A stretch of 26,589 nucleotides of DNA from a virus (lineage: Duplodnaviria; Caudoviricetes). Positions 1 to 6,776 of this stretch are shown here, one piece after another; position 1 is the first letter of the stretch, and each line of letters opens with the position of its first letter. The notes under the pieces are model-generated. The model did no database searches and was not told the DNA's origin. It saw only the letters and a program-made list of their open reading frames with translations. Location of the stretch: positions 1-26,589 of IMG/VR virus record IMGVR_UViG_3300035148_000427; one strand, written 5' to 3'. The position numbers and the translations under genes were made by a program.

Positions 1-1566
1 AACGTCGCCGAGCTGCATGACCGCACCCGTGCAACCTTCGCAAACATAGTTCATGGAATTGGGCCAGCCATTCGACGATGGCGAGCCGTCGTAGCAATAC
101 CGCTCTAGGTGCACACTCCGTCCGAGCACGTTTCGGAAGAAAGTTCGAGCTGTGCTTGAGCTGGAAATGAACCCGCAGTTCTGAAGATTGAGGCAATCTC
201 CATTGTGTTGGTCGAACATTGTGCCCGACAAGTACACAACCCCATTCCGAGCGTAGTACACCGCACCGCAGCCACCAACGTAAGTGTTTGGCAGGTTGAT
301 GCGCGTCGGAACGGGATAGGTGTTTCCGCCGTCGAGCACACCAAGGCTTGAGTTGTTGTTTGGTACGGTAGCGAGCCTGCAACCTCGCACAGAAGATTTC
401 CAAAGCTGGCAAGTGCCGCCGCCGTAAATGTTGAGGAAGGCGCTACCTTGGTTGATGCCAAGGTCCTTGAGGCGAGCTTGGTCATTCATCACCATATAGT
501 GGTCGTTGTAGACCTTTCCGTAGGAGGTGATGACCTGCTGACCGCTTGCGAATTGGTCGAGGCGCACGGCGAAGCATCCCCAATAGAAAACCCCGTCGTG
601 AGATGCAGTTTCGTTGAGAAGGAAAATGAGCGGCTTGTTGTGCGAGGCAACCAAATCGTCGTAGCTGTTCCTGATGATGCAGGCAGGACTCACAATGCGA
701 ACAGATTTGCCGACAGGACTTCCAGAATATCCAGAGTTGAGAGTGAGCCTGCTCGTAGTGTTGTCCCTGATGACGTAAGTTTGCCAGTTGCCAGGTGGGT
801 CTTGCACTTGTGCGACGTATCCCCGCCACGCGCCAGCGACGAATGGCGTCCCTCCGAAATCAAGATAGACCTCATACCCAGCGGGGCCATTTGTACCCGC
901 TGCGGTACAAACTTGGGGAGCGAGCAATTCTTCCCAATTCAGCGGGTCGAGAACTGTGGTTAGGGTGAGTTGAAAGTATGACCCCCGATGCCAGGTGTGC
1001 TGTCGTGCGCCTGGATACGGCCCGAAGTAGAACGCCGCCTTGTCGCCGTAGGGTTCTGGATTTCTTGGTCTGTGAACGCCAGGAGCCAACTCGAACCAAA
1101 CGTAGTTGTTGAGGTGGTTCGGTAGAGCGTCCCAACAGTCCATGATGTACTTGAAGGCGGTAGCCCCCTGCCCAAGAAGCCATGCGTCGATTTCTGCCTG
1201 AGTAGAAAACACTGTGCCAGGTGGAATTTGGACGCCTGTGCTGTTGTCGATTGAGAAGGTCAACGTGCCGTTCTGGTGGGTTTCCTCGCCACCACCAGAA
1301 GCGTCGATGAGAATTTTCTCGACGCCGCCAGGACTTTGGACAGTCAGCGCGATATTCGTACCCGCCACAAGTTTGTCCGCCAGATGTTCTGGCGTTGTAT
1401 CGGTTGCGCTCACCGCAACCTTGTCATTGGTGTCCACAGCAGGGTCGGCCCATTGAGGCACGCTGCCGATTTCCTTGAGCACGCGACCATCAACGCCAGT
1501 GGGTTCGGGCACGTTGCCGACAGCAACGGCGATTTGGTCAATGATGAGTTCTGGTGTCGTGGTCAT
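1..1566 (-). CDS. Tailspike/receptor-binding-like protein, 3'-truncated (>522 aa; absent from the ORF track)
   Basis: ATG at 1566 overlaps the upstream TGA (ATGA) and has an AGGAG RBS. Hand translation gives 522 codons with no stop to the window edge (MTTTPELIIDQIAV...DKVAVSATDTTPEHLADKLVAGTNIALT...). The C-terminal half is N/C/G/aromatic-rich like a beta-helix. The ORF is solid; the function is inferred. Confidence 0.8.
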   Translation of the reverse strand, partial: MTTTPELIIDQIAVAVGNVPEPTGVDGRVLKEIGSVPQWADPAVDTNDKVAVSATDTTPEHLADKLVAGTNIALTVQSPGGVEKILIDASGGGEETHQNGTLTFSIDNSTGVQIPPGTVFSTQAEIDAWLLGQGATAFKYIMDCWDALPNHLNNYVWFELAPGVHRPRNPEPYGDKAAFYFGPYPGARQHTWHRGSYFQLTLTTVLDPLNWEELLAPQVCTAAGTNGPAGYEVYLDFGGTPFVAGAWRGYVAQVQDPPGNWQTYVIRDNTTSRLTLNSGYSGSPVGKSVRIVSPACIIRNSYDDLVASHNKPLIFLLNETASHDGVFYWGCFAVRLDQFASGQQVITSYGKVYNDHYMVMNDQARLKDLGINQGSAFLNIYGGGTCQLWKSSVRGCRLATVPNNNSSLGVLDGGNTYPVPTRINLPNTYVGGCGAVYYARNGVVYLSGTMFDQHNGDCLNLQNCGFISSSSTARTFFRNVLGRSVHLERYCYDGSPSSNGWPNSMNYVCEGCTGAVMQLGDV

Positions 1567-1898
1567 CCTAAATCTCCTCTCACGTCGAGCCAAAGCGGAT
1601 ACCGCTTCGGCACGGTGAATCGCTTGCCGTCTGTTCGGACGAACTCGAACTCGGCTTGGTAGCGACCCTTCACGGCGAGGTCGCCAGGCTCCCAAGCGAC
1701 CCACCCTTGTTCGTGGTCCATCGTGTTCACAGTTACGGGTCGGCTGAACCTCGACCCGTCAGGCTTCACCAAGTTGCACGTCACCGAAGCGAAGGTGGTG
1801 AGGTCGAAACCTGGGAAGCGAATCAGCATCTCGGCGGTGTCGCGGGCGACCAAATCGACCAGCGTTTGCCGAGGCATTGTCGTGACAGTGGTGGTCAT
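1563..1898 (-). CDS. BppU-like (baseplate upper/fibre anchor) Ig-fold protein
   Basis: 111 aa with pattern RDT...FDLT...V..NLVKPDG...G.V.W..GDL...GRYQAEFE..DG...TVP typical of BppU N-terminal domains; GGAGG RBS. Confidence 0.7.
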   Translation of the reverse strand: MTTTVTTMPRQTLVDLVARDTAEMLIRFPGFDLTTFASVTCNLVKPDGSRFSRPVTVNTMDHEQGWVAWEPGDLAVKGRYQAEFEFVRTDGKRFTVPKRYPLWLDVRGDLG

Positions 1899-2296
1899 GT
1901 TTCGTTCCCTCCTACTGCGGGCACGATGACGAACTGACCTTGGATGTGGACATTCTCAGTCGCGTCGATGCGCACGCGCCGCACCTCGTAGAGCCAGAAG
2001 GTCGTTTCGGTTTCAGCAGCTTCGGCGAGGTCGGCCCGCGTGAACGTGAAGGCGGTCTTGCCGTTTGGCCCGTCGAGGTGGGTGCCCGCAAGATTCGCCT
2101 TCTGGATTTTGATGTCGCCGCTGTAATAGTCGCGGACGGTCACTTGCACCTCGTCTGCGCTGATGTCAACGGGATTTCCAAACCCGTCCGTCAGAACAAA
2201 CTCAAAGGTGTTGTCCGTACCACGGACCATTTTGATGCAAACGGCAGACGGTTCGACTGCGACGCAGCCGTTCTCAGTTTTCAAACAACAAGTCAT
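1895..2296 (-). CDS. BppU-like/Ig-fold virion structural protein
   Basis: 133 aa with RGTD..FEF.LTD..GNPVDIS...G...FTFT..D....YEV....G.F.I.P pattern; translationally coupled to both neighbours. Confidence 0.6.
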   Translation of the reverse strand: MTCCLKTENGCVAVEPSAVCIKMVRGTDNTFEFVLTDGFGNPVDISADEVQVTVRDYYSGDIKIQKANLAGTHLDGPNGKTAFTFTRADLAEAAETETTFWLYEVRRVRIDATENVHIQGQFVIVPAVGGNET

Positions 2297-4032
2297 GGCA
2301 AACCTCTGTACCAGCGAGCGATGTACCCACCCACGCCGGTTGTGTACGCCTTCCCTCCGACCGAGGTTTGTTCACTCTGTCCTGGGATGCGGAGGCGTCC
2401 GGTGAGTTCGGATTCGGCCTCGATTTCGCCCGCCAACCCCGCGAGGCGGGTCAACATGCCTTCGATGGACGAGTCGCCTTCGATGATGCCCTGGAGCCAA
2501 GCCCAGGCTTCCAGGCGACCCATGAGGTCGGAGTTGGCAAGGATTTCACCCGACACGCGGAAACGGCGTCGAATGTAGGCTTGGAGGTCGCTCGTCGATG
2601 CGAGCGAACCTGCCATGAGAATCTGAATCGCAAGTTTCCCCGCGAGGTCAGACGTGCCAGGCAAAACGCCTCGCACAGCGAGCAGCGAACTGGTTTTGCC
2701 CGTCAGGTCAGAATCGCCGTCGAGTGACCCTTTGGTCGCGTAGGCGACGCGAGGGATGCCCGTCAAATCGCCCCACCCGTCGATGATGCCACGGAAGGCA
2801 GTTCGACGGACAAGGCGAGCGGACAAAACAGAATTGCCCGCAAGCAGCGCCGAAACCTGTCGGATGCGCGTCAACGTCGCGTCGAGGTCGCCCACGGCGT
2901 CGAGCGAGCCAGCGATAGGAACCGCCGCCCGAAGTTTGCCCAATAGAGTCGAGTCGCCGTTGAGTTGTCCACCCAAGTCGAGGACGGCCATGAGCCAACC
3001 GTCCAGGTCGCCTTGAGCTGTCAACGCGCCTCGAATGGGCACCGATGCTCGGAGGAATCCAGGCAAATTGCTTTGCCCATGGATTTCACCCCAAAGTCTC
3101 CAAAGGAAAGTCAGGTTGCCGGGCAGCGCACTTGTCGCAGGAAGATTTCCTTGCAGGGGAACGTCTGAAATGAGCCACGCGGTGAGGTCAGACCAAGCGT
3201 CGATGCTCCCCAAAAGACTTCTGATTCGGACGAGCTTCGCAAAAAGGTCTGACTGCCCCGCAACGTACCCCGCAACCGGCACTTGGGCCGATAGGTACGA
3301 CGAAAGCGAGGATGTCCCGTCGATGTAGCCCGCGAGATGTTCCTTCTGCTCTTGGCTGAAAGTTTGCTGCGACTCAATTCGGAAAATCCTAGGGTGGACG
3401 GCTTTTGTCGGCGGACTCACCGACAAAGTGCCAATCAACCCCTGCCGGGTTTCGCGCTCTGGAGAAGAATTGCCTGTTATCCGTGCATGAAGCCACGGGC
3501 GGAAATACTCAGCCGAGAACCGCTTCACAAGAGCCAAGCGTTCGTCGGTGGCGAGCAGCCGTTTGAAAAACGAAAACTCGGCGTACTCGCCGCTGCAATA
3601 CTTTTGACTGTTCGCCGAGCCAATGGTCAGCGGCAATCCGTTGTTGAGACTTCCCCCGTTTGGGTTGAGGTCTTGCGCAAGCAAATTGCCATCACCGTAC
3701 AACCGCATGGCGGTGTCTCGGTCAACCTCGAACAAGAAATGATGCCAGTTGCCATCAAACAAGTTCGGAAAGTCGGCAGAGATTGACCTTGAAGGCGTCG
3801 TGCTCGTATTGATGCCCGCGCCTACTTGGACGCCTTGATTGTAGCGGACCTCCCATCCAACGCCCGTTTGTCCCGCTCGTCGCCCAAGAAAGCAGCACAG
3901 ATTCGGCGGCAAGGTGCCGTTGAACCTGTAGAAGAACGAAACGGCAAAGTCGTCCGTGTTCGTCAAATCAAGACGAACGTCGTTTGGAAAGGTGATGTCC
4001 TGCGACGATGCAGCCAAAAAGGACCGCGCCAT
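2293..4032 (-). CDS. LamG/concanavalin-A-like domain plus 16x20-aa repeat virion protein
   Basis: aa 1-170 carry LamG motifs (FAVSFF, DGNWHHF, LYGDG, LTIG, FFKRLL..DE); aa 233-552 are 20-aa tandem repeats; GAGGAGG RBS. Confidence 0.8.
   Translation of the reverse strand: MARSFLAASSQDITFPNDVRLDLTNTDDFAVSFFYRFNGTLPPNLCCFLGRRAGQTGVGWEVRYNQGVQVGAGINTSTTPSRSISADFPNLFDGNWHHFLFEVDRDTAMRLYGDGNLLAQDLNPNGGSLNNGLPLTIGSANSQKYCSGEYAEFSFFKRLLATDERLALVKRFSAEYFRPWLHARITGNSSPERETRQGLIGTLSVSPPTKAVHPRIFRIESQQTFSQEQKEHLAGYIDGTSSLSSYLSAQVPVAGYVAGQSDLFAKLVRIRSLLGSIDAWSDLTAWLISDVPLQGNLPATSALPGNLTFLWRLWGEIHGQSNLPGFLRASVPIRGALTAQGDLDGWLMAVLDLGGQLNGDSTLLGKLRAAVPIAGSLDAVGDLDATLTRIRQVSALLAGNSVLSARLVRRTAFRGIIDGWGDLTGIPRVAYATKGSLDGDSDLTGKTSSLLAVRGVLPGTSDLAGKLAIQILMAGSLASTSDLQAYIRRRFRVSGEILANSDLMGRLEAWAWLQGIIEGDSSIEGMLTRLAGLAGEIEAESELTGRLRIPGQSEQTSVGGKAYTTGVGGYIARWYRGLP
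2377..3336 (-). repeat. 16 degenerate tandem repeats of 20 aa (60 nt), consensus about hxGxhxGxSDLxGxLxxxxx
   Basis: Units LAGYIDGTSSLSSYLSAQVP, VAGYVAGQSDLFAKLVRIRS ... LAGEIEAESELTGRLRIPGQ align without gaps. Confidence 0.9.
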
Positions 4033-4041
4033 GCAATCCTC

Positions 4042-4536
4042 CTATGGCGCTTCGCGCAGTGCTACTCTCAGCAATTCAGCGTCACCTACCATCGTGTCCG
4101 CAGCGTTCGACCCTTGGCGTGTGACTCGGAGTCGAAACGACTCGCTCATCAGTAGCCCGTCAATCTCGCTATTTGAGAACGAGATTTCGGTGTACTGAGG
4201 TGCGCCGTTCGTCGCGGCAGGCGTCGCGTCGGCAGTTTTTGCCGCAGCGAAGTCGTCCACGTCCAAGTCTGTCACCTCATCTTGGTGTCGCTCAAAGGCG
4301 ACTGCCCATCGGCATGACCCCGTGGTCGCTGTTGTAGCCAACCACACGAGCTGCACGATGATGCCGCCGCCGTTGTAGTACCGAGGGAGGACGCCTCCAA
4401 AATGGGCGTTCTCGTCTACGGTATCATCGAAATCCAAGACGGGATGAGTGTTTCGCGTGTCGAAGGTAGCGAAGTTCGAGGCAGGCGGGTGATTCGCCGT
4501 GGCATTCCACGCCAATAAGGTTTCGCCCGCAGCCAT
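4042..4536 (-). CDS. Hypothetical beta-sandwich virion protein (tail/fibre associated)
   Basis: 164 aa, AAGGAG RBS, beta-rich, lies among fibre-associated genes. Confidence 0.65.
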   Translation of the reverse strand: MAAGETLLAWNATANHPPASNFATFDTRNTHPVLDFDDTVDENAHFGGVLPRYYNGGGIIVQLVWLATTATTGSCRWAVAFERHQDEVTDLDVDDFAAAKTADATPAATNGAPQYTEISFSNSEIDGLLMSESFRLRVTRQGSNAADTMVGDAELLRVALREAP

Positions 4537-4546
4537 TCTTCACTCC

Positions 4547-4951
4547 TTAGTCAAGCGTCACGTCAAGGTCGCCAATCGCAAAACTGGCGGTGTCTCCCGC
4601 GTCGATGGTTTTCGGGTTCGTCAGTTGGCCCCAACCGAGCATGTTGCCGCCCGAAGCCAGGTCCATGACAACGAAGTACCCAACTGTGCCCCACGAAGCG
4701 GTCGCTGTCGGGAAGGCCAAGGCCACCCCGTTCGCCTTCGCGCCCGAAACCGCCGCAGGCCAGTTGGTCAGGTTGTTGACACTCGCCACGCGAGCGTACC
4801 CCGCCGCGCCCGAAGGCTCGTTGATGTTCCCGCCTGCATCGGTGGGCTGAGTCGTGCTCAGTCCGATGTAGAGGGTTCCGGGTGGGGTGTAGGCCGAAGC
4901 GCCCCAAACGTGGTCCAGCAATTCATTCTCAAGAAAATCTCCAAAGCTCAT
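4547..4951 (-). CDS. Conserved small phage tail/fibre-associated structural protein
   Basis: 134 aa with LEN.LLDH...Y..P.TLYIGL.T..P.D.G...E.SG..YARV...N...FP.AT..WGTV....D..SGGN.L....L...KTI..GD...F..G.L, a widespread phage structural family; AGGAGG RBS. Confidence 0.8.
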   Translation of the reverse strand: MSFGDFLENELLDHVWGASAYTPPGTLYIGLSTTQPTDAGGNINEPSGAAGYARVASVNNLTNWPAAVSGAKANGVALAFPTATASWGTVGYFVVMDLASGGNMLGWGQLTNPKTIDAGDTASFAIGDLDVTLD

Positions 4952-4988
4952 GTTCTTCCTCCTGCGTCGTTTTGACGCAAAAAAGTTC

Positions 4989-5306
4989 CTACCTGTTTCT
5001 CAAGTCGTCCTTCAAATCCTTCAGCGCGTCCACCAATTTGTCAGTCTGAGATTTCTGGTGCTCGCGCTCAACGCCCATCTGCACCTCGGTCGCCTGCCGC
5101 TGCCGTTCAAGTGCGTCCATGAAGTCGGCCCGCTCTTGCGTCGAGGCTTCGCGGTAATCTTTTCTCGCCGCCTCGACTGCCTTCTCAAAGGATTCAGCAA
5201 GCCGAGGAATGGTGTGGTTGGTGGTCCGCCACACAAGCCAAAAAATGAACCCAAGGGCACCGAGATTGCCCACTAGGTCGAGAAAAAGTTTCGACGTTTC
5301 TTCCAT
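4989..5306 (-). CDS. Holin-like single-TM coiled-coil protein (BhlA/UviB-like architecture)
   Basis: 105 aa; N-terminal TM segment LVGNLGALGFIFWLVW followed by a charged coiled coil; TGATG coupling to the upstream ORF. Confidence 0.6.
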   Translation of the reverse strand: MEETSKLFLDLVGNLGALGFIFWLVWRTTNHTIPRLAESFEKAVEAARKDYREASTQERADFMDALERQRQATEVQMGVEREHQKSQTDKLVDALKDLKDDLRNR

Positions 5307-5554
5307 CAGAAGTACCCTCGCAAGCCCACCTGGGCACCGAAATCACGTTCCCATGAACCTCCAACGCGACTCATTCCGCCCCATGCGGTCGCGTACCCCG
5401 CGAGGTCAAAACGACCTCGCTTCACCCTAGTCAAAAGGTCGAGCGACCCGCCCAAGAAGTCGGGCGTAGCTCGCAACCCCAGGTCAATCGACGACCTCAC
5501 ACCCCCGAAGGGTGCCACGTCAAGCGCCGTTGCCCTGTCCAAGCCCCGCGTCAC
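5306..5554 (-). CDS. Hypothetical beta-rich ORF, possibly the -1 frameshift extension of 5578..6135
   Basis: Fills the gap and is coupled to the next gene. Its GTG has no RBS, and its frame stays open back through A AAC CCT at the end of the upstream gene. Confidence 0.55.
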   Translation of the reverse strand: MTRGLDRATALDVAPFGGVRSSIDLGLRATPDFLGGSLDLLTRVKRGRFDLAGYATAWGGMSRVGGSWERDFGAQVGLRGYF

Positions 5555-5577
5555 CGACGCGCCGACAGTCGGGGCCG

Positions 5578-6135
5578 CTAAGGGTTTGAGTTCGACTCAG
5601 CCAGGACCGCCGATTCGACCTTGGCAGAGATGAACTTCAGCAACCCGTCCTCTGAAAGCCCAAGCACCTTGCCTGCTTCGGCGAGGCCCTTGACGCCCCA
5701 GATTTCCTTGAATTTGGCGATGACCGCTGCCTTGATGTTCTCGGCTTCGGCCTTGGTCAAGTTGACCCCGCCAGGCGATTTCGGGTCTTTGGCGGCTTTG
5801 ATGGCAGCGACCGTCGTTTGCTCGGCCTCTCGGACGAGCGTGACAACCGAATCGGCCAACCGCGCCAACATGCCCGCAATCATCTCGTTCTTGGTTTTGG
5901 CCTGAATCCAGGCGATGAGCTTCACCTTGAGCCACACAAGGGCAGCGCCCATGAGCGGAAGGAAAAACTGCATGACAGTCCAGAAGATGTCAGATTTGGG
6001 TTCGACTGTCGCAGGCGCTACGACGGGCGTGACCGCATCGGCGACTGCCGCTGCGACCTCTTGTGCCCACGCCACAATAGGAAACACGACGACCGCAAAC
6101 GCTGCGGCAAGCGATAGAATCTTTTTCATGGTCAT
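5578..6135 (-). CDS. Membrane protein, LL-H-type holin-like, with an extra N-terminal signal peptide
   Basis: MKKILSLAAAFAVVVFPIVAWA|QE signal-like segment, second TM (FWTVMQFFLPLMGAALVWL), then ...V..AEQ...K..V...I.AKVESAV helical region resembling LL-H holins; AAGGAG RBS. Confidence 0.55.
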   Translation of the reverse strand: MTMKKILSLAAAFAVVVFPIVAWAQEVAAAVADAVTPVVAPATVEPKSDIFWTVMQFFLPLMGAALVWLKVKLIAWIQAKTKNEMIAGMLARLADSVVTLVREAEQTTVAAIKAAKDPKSPGGVNLTKAEAENIKAAVIAKFKEIWGVKGLAEAGKVLGLSEDGLLKFISAKVESAVLAESNSNP

Positions 6136-6494
6136 TCTCCTTGAGCGACCGCTTTCGGCGACTCAGTTTCATCGGCGACTACCTGTTTGTCCCAGGCTTT
6201 GATGTCCTCGATGTACTTGTTGTGCTCGCCCTGGAGGACGAGCTGTTTCTTTTCCAACGCGGCAAGGAATTGCCTGCCCTGCTGAATTCTGCTCGAAACG
6301 TCCTCGAACTCTGTCCTAGCCTTCCTGAGTTTTTCAAGAAGGTAGGTGACAAACTTGTTTGGACTTTCCGCCTCGCCGCTCAAGAGTTGGGCAACGCGCT
6401 CGTTGCCTTCCTTGATTGCAGTTGGTTCGCCTGGTTCGACTGAAGCTGGCGGCTGCTGCGGCACTTTTTCTTCTACTTTGTTCTTGTTGCTCAC
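6132..6494 (-). CDS. Hypothetical coiled-coil protein
   Basis: 120 aa, GTG start with AAGGAG RBS, heptad-like C-terminal half. Confidence 0.7.
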   Translation of the reverse strand: MSNKNKVEEKVPQQPPASVEPGEPTAIKEGNERVAQLLSGEAESPNKFVTYLLEKLRKARTEFEDVSSRIQQGRQFLAALEKKQLVLQGEHNKYIEDIKAWDKQVVADETESPKAVAQGE

Positions 6495-6507
6495 GTTCTC
6501 TCCTTGT

Positions 6508-6765
6508 CTATCTGTCGTTGGTTTCTGGAATTCTCAAACGGTTGTCGGGACACCAAGGCGAACCCGGCAATCGAGACAACCCGTTCTGGTTTTTTCCTAT
6601 CAAGTTATTGGACTGCGCCTGATAGAAAAAATCCTGCACGGCTTCTTCTGTCACTCCGTTCGCAAGCCACTTCCAGTAGTTGCGAGCGCCAATCATTTCT
6701 TCGCCTTCGTAGGTCATCCCCGCGTTGGTTGCGAGAGTTTGAAGGTCTGTGCTCGGTGCTGCCAT
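6508..6765 (-). CDS. Hypothetical protein (85 aa), possible tail fibre assembly factor
   Basis: Start moved to ATG 6765 (MAAPSTDL), which has an AAGGAGG RBS and directly follows the tail fibre gene. Confidence 0.65.
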   Translation of the reverse strand: MAAPSTDLQTLATNAGMTYEGEEMIGARNYWKWLANGVTEEAVQDFFYQAQSNNLIGKNQNGLSRLPGSPWCPDNRLRIPETNDR

Positions 6766-6776
6766 GTGAATCCTCC

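Noticed and set aside
105-1662. Short ORFs listed on both strands at the left end
   Set aside because: All overlap the continuous minus-strand 1566-to-edge frame, which has the RBS and translational coupling.
2377-3336. CRISPR array or DGR repeat
   Set aside because: Repeats are protein-level and degenerate at the DNA level; no identical direct repeats, TR/VR pair, cas or reverse transcriptase gene seen.
4963-4984. Intrinsic terminator
   Set aside because: The hairpin is followed by A's on the plus strand and preceded, not followed, by T's on the minus strand.
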